Shown here one piece after another: positions 1 to 12,865 of a stretch of 64,000 nt of DNA. How positions within the stretch are numbered: the stretch's first letter is position 1; every line of letters begins with the position of its first letter. Source of the stretch: Callorhinchus milii (taxonomy: Eukaryota); contig NW_024704742.1 of assembly GCF_018977255.1 (NCBI RefSeq), positions 13,394,001-13,458,000 of the forward strand. Reading direction: 5' to 3'. The notes under the pieces were generated by a model, which was given only the letters and a program-made list of their open reading frames with translations, was not told where the DNA came from and made no database searches. The position numbers and the translations under genes were made by a program.

Positions 1-71
1 AAGTAATTACATTGCCACCTTTCATGCCAAGAAGTTGTCTGAAAGTGCTATATAGGATCTACTGTAAAGTC

Positions 72-682
72 AAATGGTCTGGCTCAGTGGAGCACTCTCA
101 CCTCCAAGTCAGAAGGTTGTGGGTTCAAGCCCAACATTGGATTTGTGATCACATAGTCTAAGCTGACACTCCTATGCAGAGCTGGGGTATGCTGCGTCAT
201 CAGAGGTGCCGTCCTTCAGGTGTGACGTTAAACCAGGGACCTGTCTACCTGTTCATCTTCAAGGCTGAGACTGATAGATTTTTTAAAAAACAGAGGGATT
301 AGGGGATATGGGGATAGGGCAGGTAATTAGAGTTAGGTCTGAAGATCAGCCATGATCTTATTGAACGGCGGGGAAGGCTCGAGGGGCCGAATGGCCTACT
401 CCTGTTCCTAATTCTTATGTTCTTATGTTCAGGTGGACATTAAAGATCCCATGGCACTATTCGAAAAGCAAAGGGAGTTTCTCCTGGTGTCCTGGCTCAC
501 CCAAATAAAGTTGGTCATTCACTCGATGGCTGTTTGTGGGACATTGCTGTGGGCAAACTGGTTGCCATAGTTCGCCCACAAAATATGGGTCAATCCACTT
601 TACAGTATATCCTATGAAGCGGTTTTGAGATATCTCGATGACGTGATAAAAGCACTATATCAAATGTAAGGATTATTATTCA
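72..682 (+). mobile_element. Deu-domain SINE (SacSINE/AmnSINE-like), interrupted
   Basis: tRNA-like head (tggctcagtgg...gggttcaagccc), Deu-like core (gctgacactcc...gaggtgccgtccttc...gttaaacc), L2-type tail. Confidence 0.7.
258..430 (+). mobile_element. CR1-type 3' tail fragment inserted into a Deu-SINE
   Basis: ttcaaggctgagactgatagatttttt...gatcagccatgatcttattgaacggcggg...gaatggcctactcctgttcctaattcttatg. Confidence 0.75.
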
Positions 683-789
683 ATTTTATAGATGAGAGGC
701 ACCAATTTGTAGACAACAAAAGGCCCAAACATAGCAAAGTAGTCAACGACCAGTTCATATCTGGGGGATTATATCTCTAACAAACCTGA

Positions 790-1960
790 TCAGTTTTTGA
801 TGAAGTAACGGAAAGGGTGGATGAAGGTAGTGCAGTTGATGATGTTTAATAAAGTGCCACATAAGAAACTTGTAAACAAAATAGAAGCCCACGGTATTAA
901 AGGGACAGTGGCAGCATGGATACAGAACTGGCTGGGAAACAGAAAGCAGAGAGAGGTGGTGAACGGTTGTTTTTCTGACTGGAGGGAAGTGTGCAGTGGT
1001 GTCCCCCAGGGATCAGTGTTGGGACCACTGCTGTTTTTGATGGAGATACATGACCTGGACTTGGGTACAGGGAGTACAGTTTCCAAGTTTGCAGATGATA
1101 CTAAGCTAGGAAAAGTGATAATTAGTGAGGAGGATAGTAAGAGGACGTAGACAGACTGGTAAAATGGGCAGACACATGGCAGATGAAGTTTAATGTGGAG
1201 AAATGCAAAGTGATGCATTTTCGGAGGAAGAATGAGGAGAGGCAATATAAGCTGATGGGATAATCTTACAGGGGGTGAATGAAAAGAGAGACCTGGGGAT
1301 TCATATAAGTAAATCTTTGAAGGTATCAGGACAGGTAGATAAAGCTGTTAACAATCACACGGGTTACTAGGCTTTATAAATAGGGGCAGAGAATACAAAA
1401 GTCAGGAAGTTATGATGAACCTTTATAAAACACTGGTTAGGCCTCAGCTAGAGTACTGCGTTCAGTTCTGGGCCCCACACTTTAGGAAGGATGTCAAGGC
1501 ATTGGAGAGGATGCAAAGGAGATTTACCAGGATGCTACCAGGAATGAGGGACTTTAGTTATCAGGAGAGGCTAGAGAAGCTATGATTATTCTCCTTGGAG
1601 CAGAGAAGGTTAAGAGGAGACTTAATAGAAGTTTTCAAAATTATTACGGGATTCGATAGGGTGAACAAAGAGAAATTATTTCCACTGGCGGGTAGGTCGG
1701 TAACCAATTTAAAATAGTTGTTAAAAGAAACAGTGGGGAGGTGAGGAGAAATTTTTTCACACAGCGAGTTGTTCGGATCTCGAAAGCATTTCCTGAAAAG
1801 GTGGTGGAAGCCGATTCAATAACGACTTTTCAGAGAGAAGTAGATAATTATTTAGGGCTATGGGGGGAGCGTGGGATTGATTTGGATAGCTCTTTTTCAA
1901 AGAGCCAGCTCAGAATTAATGGGCTGAATGGCCTCCTTCTGTACTGTGTAATTCTATGAT
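790..1960 (+). mobile_element. CR1-clade LINE, 5'-truncated RT and 3' end, decayed
   Basis: [41 protein letters not shown] motifs with frameshifts. CR1-type 3' tail (gggctgaatggcctccttctgtactg...attctatgatt). Confidence 0.92.
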
Positions 1961-2545
1961 TGTTGGCCAGGACGTGGGAAACACTCTCTTTTGAGCGTGA
2001 TCGTGATGCTCCCCCGTTTCAATAGCCCGAGGATGCTTGGTGCCCAGGCTCACGCATGAAATAATGATTTGTGGGCTAGATACCTCAAGGCTGTCAGCGC
2101 CTGTGGAATTGTATCACGGTCTCAAGCCGCTCTATCGCTGCAATTGCCTCAAACCCAACTAACACAGCCACTCCCTTCGCTCAGCAAGCATTGGAAGCCC
2201 TGCTTCATGTCCCCAACCTATTCCAAAGCCCATTTTCAGTGGACGGACTTTCAGCCTTTCTGCCACCACTCTCTGGAAATATGGTAATGTCCCTCCGATT
2301 CGCTCACCCCTACCTCACTTCGTCCAGGGTCTGTCTCAAGTCCTACCTCTTTAACCACACTATCAGTCATCTTCCTCCTCACCATCCCACTTGGCTCCCA
2401 CCCCAGGCTTGGGTGCCCAGCCAGTCACTGTGAAGTGATTGGAGACATCCTCTCAATGTGAAGGGTGCTTTATAAAAGTAAGTTTGTACAACAAAGTACA
2501 GATAAGGGAGACAATTGAAAGAGAAGACTGTGAACGTTCCCTTAC

Positions 2546-2620
2546 CTTTAGCTCAAGTTCTTCACCATCTATACCAAATCTTTTCAGCAAAGGGATAGCC
2601 GTCACTTTAAGGGCATCTAC
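2546..2620 (-). CDS. RCL1: RCL1 coding exon 4 (75 nt); later exons lie left of the window
   Basis: ctcag| acceptor, encodes VDALKVTAIPLLKRFGIDGEELELK, donor AAG|GTAAGG. Confidence 0.95.
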
Positions 2621-3504
2621 CTGAGGGTAGCACACAGCAAAAAAAATCTTGCAGTTAGTCAGTTCAAGAAGATTGTAAATCAGAATTTATATCAATCAGT
2701 ATTCACTCGACAGAAATGACTTTTACAATTAAGAAATTACAAAATAAATCTTCTTGATTAAATTTATTTCTTGATTAAAGCCATAAAGACTAGTGTGAGT
2801 GTTTAGGGGGGCGCTTCTTGGTGGCACTGTCGGCCACTTCTGACCCACAGGCTCGTTGGCCACTACTGCTTGACACCATTTCCTAGATTGATTCCCCAAC
2901 AGTTTATAGGATTGAGATTATCCAATAGATATTCCTTGTGGAATGACATTTGTTCTCCAACAACAGCAGCAACAAATTACATTTGTATAGCTCCTTTCAC
3001 GTCAGGAGGACATCCCATGGCGCTGGATAGTCAGGGATCCGCACCCAAGCTGGTGGTTGGGATCGTGAGGGTTGGAGGGCAGGGAGGATAGGGGTAGGAG
3101 GATGACTGAAGGCACAGTCGAAGAAGACAATTTTAGGACTTGCCGGATTTTAGGCAGAGGTCACAATTTGGCCACCAATTGGTGCTATTTAACTCTATAT
3201 GGCACCACTTCAATCTCTCTCTGCCCCCATACGACAGAACTGCCATTTCTGACACAGATTAGTTTAGCATGGACAAAAAAATTAAGCTGTAAATGCCTTT
3301 TTAGTTCCCCGTCTTTAGTTAGGATGTAGTTTACAAAAATAGGAACTGAAGAGTTTTGGCCCTACATTCTAAACCGATGCACCCGGATTACTCCAACTCG
3401 GTTACTCAAGGATGTTTTTGTAAAAACAGTCAACTGTTGAAACATGTAATGTTATTCGGATACCTCTCTCCACCTTCCCAGCCTATAGTTTAAATATATC
3501 TTAC

Positions 3505-3680
3505 AGAAGGGTCGATCTGGTCGTTGGTTACTCCTCTCAGAATAGCTTTCAATGGCTTCTTCATAAATGGAGTGAGACAGAGCAAGGCTTCCAGGTAATA
3601 ACCAATGGAGCGCTGGGTGTGGCAGTCGTGCTCTATCGTTCCTCCGTGTAGAAGACCAGGCTGATAGTATAGTGTTGTAC
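3505..3680 (-). CDS. RCL1: RCL1 coding exon 3 (176 nt)
   Basis: tttag| acceptor, encodes GTTLYYQPGLLHGGTIEHDCHTQRSIGYYLEALLCLTPFMKKPLKAILRGVTNDQIDPS, donor |GTAAGA. Confidence 0.96.
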
Positions 3681-3829
3681 CTAAAAGTAAGAGCATAGTG
3701 TCAAAATGTTAGAACCAATAATGAAGGACAAGCCTGAATGAACAGCAAAGTGTGCGGGAATACCAGTCAGAAGCAGAGACACCATATTCCTGGCTCATCC
3801 CGACTGGGAAGAGCAGATGGATGAGGACA

Positions 3830-4175
3830 ATAATAACAATCGTTGCATTTGATATAGCGCCTTATCACGTCTTTCAGACGTCTCAAAGTGCTTCACAGAA
3901 TATACTGGAAAGTGAATTGACTATATTTTGTGGACGAAATGTGGCAGTCAATTGCGTACAGCTGTGTCCCACAAACAGTCGTGGATTGAATGACCAATTT
4001 TTTTTTTTGAAGGGATTATTACCCACGGAAAAACAATCTACCTATCAACTAACAACTGGGTTCCTACTTACTGCTAGGGAAACAGAGGTGAGTGGAGTAA
4101 GGAAACTTGCCTAACATCAAACCCAGGTCTCTCGCTTGTGAGGCAAGTACGCTAACCACTACGCTACAAGACTCT
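3830..4175 (-). mobile_element. tRNA-Ala-derived SINE
   Basis: Reverse-complement match to the family. Confidence 0.85.
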
Positions 4176-5750
4176 ATAAATTGAAAGGGAGGAGCATGCT
4201 CAACTCATAGTCCCACAACAGTGAGCATTCTCATGCCTCAGGCCCTTGGACTTTAGCTTTCCTTCCTTGGCCAAGATCAGAGATCAGGAAGTGTTTGATC
4301 ACTGAAAAGCACGGCCAGGTCATAAATAGCACCAGTAGATACAACACAAAGCTCCAATGCAACAATATCATCTGAAGCCTATAAGAGTGCTCCCCCAAAG
4401 GGTCAGAGCTTCCATCTACACATCAATCATCCCTGTGACCTTTCTAAATGAGGGACAATTACAAGGCAAATCGGGTTAGTTTGTGCTGCATGCCTACTCA
4501 TTAGAAATTGAGAATGCTCAAAAGTCATTTCACCTGGGGCCTTCACACCCAGCAGAGAATGGAATGTTTTATCCCTGCCGATTGAATGGATTTACATCGA
4601 GGGGTTTCAATGGTGAAGAGAGATTTAGAAGTTAAATTAAATTACTATAACTTTGATAAAGCACCATTCGCATCAGGAGGACAACTCCAAGGGTTTCACA
4701 GGAAAGAATTTACTGTAAAATGTAGTGACTGTGTATTTTGTAGGCAAATGTAGCAGCCTATTTGTGCACAGTAATGACCCCGAAAAAAGCCTTGGAGCGA
4801 ATGACCAATTTTATTTGGGGGATTGTTGACCAAGGCACCAAGAGAAACTCTCTTCTCTTTTTGAATAGTGTTAGGGAGATTTTTAACATCCACCTGAACA
4901 GAGAAAAGTCTACGATAAGAACAACTTGCATTTATAAAGCGACCTTCAAGCAGGGTAACATCCCAGAGTGCTTTGATTAAGCATGTAATCCAAAGGATGG
5001 TTCCTCCTACAATGCAGCACCCCACCAGAACAGGATTGTAGTGTCGGCCTAGACTAAACAAGGTCAAAGTCCCGATATGTGACTTCTGACTCAAGAGGTA
5101 CATGTGCTACCAGTTGTGTAGCCAGGCTGACACTTGAATTCTGCTCCAAGTAATATTTAACAAGGGAGGGAAAAATAAGTCTTAAGCTTCATAAACTCTG
5201 AAGGATAGGCCTCCACTTGCACACTGATGCTAACTTAACATTTTCAGAGTCAACGCCTGGTGCCAGATTTCTGATTCAGATCACCTGTTGCTCCAATTTT
5301 TACTCTGTCTAATATTATAGCTGCCACCAGCAACTATCACAGACGACATAGCTTAACAGTGCTAATGCAGAACAAGCACAGACCTTGCCAAAATTGAACA
5401 AAGCATACTATAAAGAGGTAGTGTGTAGGAAAAGTCTGAATAATTGACGATGGAAGCAATAAAGTTGCTTCTGTATTATATGCAAACATTACTGTCAAAA
5501 GGTCGTCGAGCTTTGTAGGCGTACTACAAATTGACTCGACCAGAGAAGACATTACTTTTTAATTTTTTTTATCATGAATCAGTCTTCCATTTCAAAAGAT
5601 GAGGAGGTCATAATGTAGTACCACTCTCAACTTTTGGCAGCATCCAAAATTATCGCGCATGCTTCACTTGTACTTATACAGTGGCTTTCACATACATGAA
5701 GGAGTAAATACAGATGGTAGCAACAGCTACAATTTGGATAAAATAAGTGC

Positions 5751-6750
5751 TAAATTAGAAGAATCGATTGTTTTGTTCACAGATTACGAATGTTCAAGTC
5801 CTGCATCGTCTCTGACCACATAAAGTTGTCCAACAAATTGAGTTCTTCCTGGAGTCACGAATTCTGCCGGGCTTTAAACAGGAGCAACAGAAAACTGGAT
5901 TTCAAATTAAAACTCTGTGCTAAGATTTGACCAAAATTGCACACGCACTGAAATTTTAAGCAAATCGTCTCAATCTAAAACCTGGCAAAAACTCAGTTGC
6001 AGAAAATTTTTTTTTAAATACTATATCAATTAAAAACCATCACACTTTTTTTTAAAAAAAGCAATCAAACTGCTTGAAGTTGACTGCAGTCTTTGGCCAG
6101 GACTTCTTCCTTTCCAGTGGATGTATCTCAAATGGGGTGTGGGGGCTGCTACAGGTGGAATACTGGCCTAATATAGCATATGTATTTAATGTAGTGTTAA
6201 ATTCGCCTGCAATGTAATGGGATTGACACAGGAGTCAATAGATGTGAAACTTTTAAAAAACTGAATTGAGATTTTTCCTGTAGACATTTAACTATATTTC
6301 AGTTTGGGTCTCTAAATGCTGACAGATACTTATACCATCTAGACATGTAAATGGGGCAACCTGATCTGAAGATTCTAAAATTTTTTATTAAGAACTCACC
6401 AGTTTCATTTATCTCAACTCTGGAGCCATTTGTCAATTTGTCCAAAAGCCGAATGAAACTCGCTTCGAAATCTAGAAATGTTGAGAGGAGAGTTAAAAGG
6501 CGTTTACATGACACTATAACAAATATACATTTGAAGTGGTCTGAAATGGTGAAATGTAACAGGTAAATTAGAAGAATCGATTGTTTTGTTCACAGATTAC
6601 GAATGTTCAAGTCCTGCATCGTCTCTGACCACATAAAGTTGTCCAACAAATTGAGTTCTTCCTGGAGTCACAAATTCTGCCGGGCTTTAAACAGGAGCAA
6701 CAGAAAACTGGATTTCAAATTAAAACTCTGTGCTAAGATTTGACCAAAAT
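5751..6750. repeat. 187-bp direct repeat pair (5751-5937 and 6564-6750) flanking RCL1 exon 2
   Basis: One mismatch found by eye (gtcacGaattc vs gtcacAaattc). Confidence 0.95.
6400..6471 (-). CDS. RCL1: RCL1 coding exon 2 (72 nt)
   Basis: ctag| acceptor, encodes (D)FEASFIRLLDKLTNGSRVEINET(G), donor G|GTGAGT. Phases 1/1 fit the neighbouring exons. Confidence 0.96.
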
Positions 6751-7364
6751 AAACTCGACACAGCAACCAAAAACAATCACTTGTTAGAATTTAAACAAGA
6801 TTACAACAGGCCACATTTCTTTGGGTAAAAAAAAATTATAGGCATTTTCTGTAGTTAGCCCAGTATTTCGCCCACAAAGTACACTCAATTCACTTTATAG
6901 TATATTCTGTGAAGCGCTTTGAGACGTCTCAAAGACGTGATAAAGCACTATATCAAATGCAAGGATTATTATTACAGAGCACTGACTGCTGTAATAGCCA
7001 CAGTATTTCTGGAGCTATAAGAACAGGCAGCTGTAGTAACATTTTGTCTGCTCCCATCAGAAGTAGGGAATGACAGATCTCTGCATCAAAAGGCTCAAAC
7101 AATCATGTACAAAATGCTGGCCACTAGCCTCCGACTTCCAGCAAGACCTTTACAGACAAATGCCACAGACAGACACTCTTTTCATCAGCAAAAACAGAAT
7201 AGCAGCGCCGCAAGACAGCTGGCTTCTAGTTCTTTTTGTGAAACTAAAGGCAGGCCTGATACAGCCATTTATGCTGGAGCCATGCAAAGCAAACATAGCC
7301 CAAGCTGCTCTTCACAACACCCACTCACATCAGCAGCTTTTTCATGATACAGCCAGGTCATCCT

Positions 7365-7625
7365 AGGTCTTTAAAATTACGAGGTGTTTTGATAGTCAAT
7401 CGGGAGAACAAATGAGGAGGTAAGAATTTTTCTCACAGTGTAGTTAGGATTTAAAAGGCCCTGCCAAGCGTTCAAAGGGGAACTAGATATTCATCTTAAA
7501 AAGAGTCAGCTGCAGGGGTATGGAAAAAGGACATGTAAGTGGGACTGAAAGGATTGCTTGAGGAGCCAGCAGAGATACGATGGGCCGAAAGGCCATCTTT
7601 TGTGCTGTAAATTTCTATGGTTCTC
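7365..7625 (+). mobile_element. CR1 3' fragment
   Basis: Similar to the ends of the 790-1960 and 10435-12865 copies (gatgggccgaaaggcc...tgtgctgtaaatttctatg). Confidence 0.65.
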
Positions 7626-7639
7626 GTGGCAGGTTCTAG

Positions 7640-8330
7640 TGTCAGTCTGGCTCAGTTAGTAGCATTCTTACCCTGAGTCAGAAGCTTGTGGGTTCAAGTC
7701 CCTTTTCAGGACTTGAAACCCATATAGTCTAGGCTGACTCTCCAAAACAGGATTGCTGGAGGTGCTGTCCTTCGGATGGACACGTTAAAGCAAGGTCATG
7801 TCTGCCTGTTCAGGTGGATGTTAAAGATCCCATGGCACTATTCAAAAAGAGAAAGGAGTTTCTCTTGGTGTCCTGACCAACAAACCCCCAGATATAAACA
7901 AAACACAAAATACTGCAGATGCTAGAAATCTGAAACAAAAACATAAGTCGCTTGGAATTGTTTTGTTGCAAATCCCACCCTTTGTTTTGCATCATTAACA
8001 CCTCTTTAACCCATCAACCCCTGTCCTCTACCCCATTTTCTCCTTTGTCTTCCTTGCCCTGCCTCCCCCCCTCTCTGTTAGTCCTTAAAAGTCTCTCCCT
8101 CCTAACATGCCCCAGTTCTGACGAAGATCGTGGACCCAAAACATTGACTCACTTTCCTTTCTCCATAGATGCTGCCTGACCTGATGAGCGTTCCCTGCGA
8201 CTTCTGTTTTTGTTTCAATCCCCCAGATATAATGGGTCATTCACTCAAAGGCTCTTTGTGGGCATTGCTATGCACAAATTGGCTGTCGCATTTGTCGACA
8301 AAAGTGACACCACCTTACAGTCCTACATAG
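7640..8330 (+). mobile_element. Deu-domain SINE interrupted by a Penelope-type element
   Basis: Same head and core as 72-682. Resumes after 8232. Confidence 0.7.
7898..8219. mobile_element. Penelope-like non-autonomous element with degenerate hammerhead core, 13-bp TSD
   Basis: Starts ...aaaatactgcagatgct. Contains agttCTGACGAagatcgtggacccAAAACattgact. Flanked by cccccagatataa at 7885-7897 and 8220-8232. Confidence 0.7.
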
Positions 8331-9574
8331 GGCCTTTTGACTAATAGGCTGACTCTTCAACACAGTGCTAGGAATGTTATACTAGTAAGGAGGTGCCATC
8401 CTTTGGATGAGACAATACACCAAGGGTCCGTCTGCCTGTTCAGACGGACAATAAAGATTCCACACTATTTGAAAAGGAAAATGAGATACTCCCGGTATCA
8501 TAGCCAACTATCCCCCAAATAAATAAAAACTGGGTCATTCACTTAATGCTGTGTGCAAATTGGCTGCCACGTTCATTAACTAAAATACAGTCACTCCACT
8601 TCACAGCGCTTGTGAAGCACTTTGGAATCTTTAGACAATGTGATAATAAATTACTATGATAATCCTTGCATTATCATTGTGTCAAAACATCCAAAGCGCT
8701 TCCTTCATAGGACATCACTGTAAAGTATAGTGACTGTGAAATTTGTAGATGAATGCATGCAATAGGCAATTTGCACACAGCAATATCCCAAAAACAGTCA
8801 TGAAGTGAATGACCAATTTTATCTGGAGAATATCAGGAGAAACTCCTTTCTCAATAAGAGACTCCTCCAGGGGTATATGAGTAGTGAGTGTTGTTAAGAG
8901 CACCAACAAGGCTTAGGAATTGTCTATATTCAACAACAACTTGCATTTATATGGCACCTTTCACACAGGGTGGCGTCTCAGAGTGATTGACACCTAGATC
9001 TTGCACAGGTTCAGTAAGTCTGAGGGATAGGCCAGGAAGGTTATGGAGGCCAGAGCCGCAGGTAAGGAAACATTGATTGTACTCAAGGAGGATGGCTTCC
9101 ATGTTGTCAATATTCAGCTGCAGAAAGCTGACGCTCACCCAGGACTTGCTGTTTGACAAACAGGAGGACAGAACTTCAGAGGATTGGGGTCACAGGTTGT
9201 TTATTTTTTGAGGGGGTCAAATGACCTAACGATCTCACTGAACCAGTACCTCCAGGGTCTTGTATAATTAGGTTTGATTCCTAATAAATTGTCATTTTCA
9301 CTTGGATTAATTGATTCCCAGGAATCGGAGCAATTGGTGTCAAACTTTCAGCAAGCTTCAGATATCCTCAACTCCTTGAAAGAAAGAGAGGATTTCCCAA
9401 AGCACTATAATAGTGGCATGGAAGCTTTAACATCCACCTGAACAGGCTGACCTCGGTTTAATGTCTCTCCTGGAGGAAAGCATCTCTGACAATGCAACAC
9501 TCAGCACTGCACTGGGTGCATTAGCCTAGACAGTGAGCTCCCATCCCGATTTTCAAATACCAGAAGTGTAGTTA

Positions 9575-9850
9575 TTAAAACCAGAGGACACAGCCTGCGA
9601 TTGATGGGGGCAAATTCAGAACAAATCTACGGAAACACTTTTCAGTGAGCGAATAGTGAACTTCCCTAGGGAGATGGTGGAAGCAGAAAATGTTGATTCT
9701 TTCAAACGCAGATTAGATAGTTTTCTTTTAGGAAATAACATTACGGGATATAGTACATAGGTAGTTCGGGACATATGTGTATGCGACGGCCAGGAAGGTG
9801 GAAGGTGAGCTAGATGAACCTTCATCTTTCTTTTGTCTAGTATTTCTTAT
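9575..9850 (+). mobile_element. CR1-like 3' fragment (different subfamily)
   Basis: aaccagaggacacagcctg...ttttcagtgagcgaatagtgaac...gtggaagcaga...ttcaaacgcagattagatag. Confidence 0.6.
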
Positions 9851-10434
9851 GTATAAGATGCGGCATAATGGCCATTAAGTTCTGATCATCCCACTGTTCC
9901 CTTTGATATCACATGAACGGAATAAAGAGGCAGTGGCATTGCAGGTTTACCACAAATTCTTAGCATAACTGCAGTCTATATCATATGAACTCACACCAAG
10001 TTTGCAGAATAACCATAACTGATGTGAAGCTAACTTTTTCCAGCTCTGAGAATAATATTTTTTAAAAAAGGCTTCCAGACTGGCTTATGCAGTCTAACTT
10101 CTGGGAACAAAGGCAGAATGTCACTGTTGTTCAATGCCAAACAAGCTCCAGTTCCCTGAATACAGAGCAGTGCGCAGCAGGTAGCGTAGCCCAATGCAAT
10201 CCTATCAGTTTAAGACTTGAAGCATTACTGGTGCAGAAATCCTCAGCACGCTTCCGAACTTGGCTCAGATACAGTTCTCTTCCTCTCCCCCTCTTCCCCC
10301 ATGCACAGACATGTATATATTATATCTAATAGATGTTTCTAGACAGAAGTGTTGCTCACTTTCTTAAGACACTCATCAGGACCCAAACCAGAGTCAATTT
10401 ACCAACTTAGCAGCAAAAGCTAATCAATAAGAAT

Positions 10435-12865
10435 AGTGATAATGGGGATTTCAATTATCCTAACCTAGACTGGGAAACACACAGTGTAAAGAGCAAGGAA
10501 GGGGAGGAATTCCTGAAATGTGTGCAGGAGAACTTTCTGGATCAGCATGTTTCCAGACCAACGAGGAAGGAAGCAGTGCTGGATTTAGTTCTGGGAAATG
10601 AGTTTGATCGTTGTCCTTTTCCTTAATTAAGTTTAGAATAGTTATGGAAAAGGACAACAATCAATCAAAAGTAAAGACCCTCAACTGGAAACGGGCTGAT
10701 TTCAGTGAGCTAAAAAGGGACCTGGCCAAGATAGATTGGAAAGAAAGATTGGCAGGTAAGGCAGCAAACAAACAATGGGAAGCCTTCAAGGAGGAGATAG
10801 TTTGGGTACAGAGCAAATACATTCCCACAAAAGGGAACGGTAGGACAGTCAAACCTCCCTGGATGACTAAGGAAATTGGGATTACAATAAAACAGAAGGA
10901 GGCTTATGACAAATATTAGGTCCAAAACACACAGGATAATCAAATAGAATATAGGAAGTACAGAGAAGTGAAAAGGGAAATATGAATGGCGAAGAGATTG
11001 TGCGAGAAAAGCTTATCAGGAAACATAACAGGGAACCCTAAGGTATTTTTAAGCATATCAAAAGTGAAAGGTTAGTCAAAGGTAGGGTTTGTCCAATTAG
11101 GGACCCAAGTGGAAATCGTCTTGTTGAGGCAGAGGGTATGGCTGATGTACTAAATAAGTGCTTTGCAACTGTCTTCACAAAAGAAGACGATGCAACCAAT
11201 GCCACAATATCTCAGGCGTGTGAACAGAAATTGGATATGATAAAAATCAAGAGAGAGGAGGTACTAAAAAGGCTGTCGGTGCTCAACATAGATAAGTCAG
11301 TCACCTGGTCCGGACGGGATGCATCCTAGGCTACTGAGGGAAGCAAAGGTGGAAATAGCAGAAGCTCTGACCATGTTTCCATATAATCTTTCAATCCTCT
11401 TTGGACACTAGAGTGGTGCCAGAGGACTGGAAGGTTGCAAATGTTACTCCCCTGTACAAAAAGGGGCAGAAGGATAAACCTGAGAACTACAGGCCAATCA
11501 GCCTAACATCATTAGTAGGGAAACTTCTGGAGACTATAATCCAGGACAATATAAATTCTCACTTAGAAAAATATGGTTTAATAAAGGACAGTCAACATGG
11601 ATTTGTTAAAGGCAGATCGTGTCTGACAAACCTATAGAATTTTTTTGATGAAGTGTCTGAGAGGGTGGATGAAGGTACTACAGTAGATGTAGTTTATCTA
11701 GATTTTCAAAAGGCATTTGATTGACAAAGTGCCACATAAGAGACTTATAAACAAAATAGAAGCCCATGGTGTTAGAGATTGTGGCAACATGGATCCAGAA
11801 CTGGCTAGGAGACAGAAAGCAGAGAGTGGTAGTAAAAGGTTGCTTTTCTGACTGGTGTTCCTCAGGCATCAGTATTGGGACCACTGCTCTTTCTGATCTA
11901 TATTAACGATCTGGACCTAGATATAGGGAGCACAATTTCCAAATTTGCAGACAATACTAAGCTAAGAAACGTAGTTAATGGTGAGGAGGATAGGACTGGA
12001 CTCCAAGAGGACTTAGACAGATTGGTAAAATGGGCAGAAACATGGCAGATGAGGTTTAATGTGGAGAAATGTGAAGTGTTGCATTTTGGTAGGAAGAATG
12101 AGGAGAGGCAGTTATAAGTTAGATGGTACAATCTTAAAGGGGGCAAATGAACAGAGAAACCTGGGGGTCCACATAAACAAATCTCTGAAGGTGGCAAGAC
12201 AGATAGATAAAGCTGTTAAAAAAGCATATGGGATACTACGTTTTATAAATAGGGGCATAGAATTCAAATGTCAGGAGGTTATGTTGAATATTTATAAAAT
12301 GCTGGTATGGCCTCAGTTGGAGTACTGCATTCAGTTCTGGGCATCGCACTTTAGGAAAGATGTTAGGGCATTGGAGAGTGCAAAGGAGGTTTACCAGGAT
12401 GGTACCAGGAATGAAGGACCTTAGTTATGATGAGAGGTTAGTGAAACTAGAATTATTCTGCCTAGAGCAGAGAAGATTAAGAGGGGATTTAACAGAGGTT
12501 TTCAAGATCATGAGAGGATTTGATAGGTTGAACCAGGAAAAACTGTTTCCACTGACATGTGGGTCAGAAACCTGAGGACACCGAATTAAGTTAGTTGTTA
12601 AAAGAAACAGAGGGGAGGTTAGGAATTTTTTTTTCACCCTGCGAGTTGTTCGGATCTGGAATACATTTCCTGAAAGGGTAGTGGAAGCCGATTCCACAAC
12701 AACTTTTAAGAGAGAAGTAGATGGGTATTTGGGGAGGACAGGATTGCAGGGCTATGGAGAGTAAGTGGGCCAGTGGGATTGAGTTGGATTGCTCTTTTAG
12801 GAGCTGGCACAGACATGAAGGGCCGAATAGCCTCTTTCTGTGCTGTATGATTCTCTGATTCTGTG
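10435..12865 (+). mobile_element. CR1-clade LINE ORF2 (endonuclease C-terminal part + RT) and 3' tail, decayed
   Basis: GDFNYP, LDLVLGNE, VPEDWKVANVTPLYKKG..PENYRPISLTS, QHGFVKGRSCLTNL, GPLLFLIYINDLD, LEYCIQFW motifs. Many indels. Confidence 0.94.

Noticed and set aside
1..2545. miR-101, known from a late RCL1 intron
   Set aside because: Mature sequence not seen; the host intron would lie left of the window.
5751..5937. H/ACA snoRNA reading of the duplicated unit
   Set aside because: ANANNA and ACA can be found, but the second hairpin is too short. Not supportable by eye.
10435..12865. Active retrotransposon
   Set aside because: Multiple frameshifts and stops, a deletion, and FADD changed to FADN.
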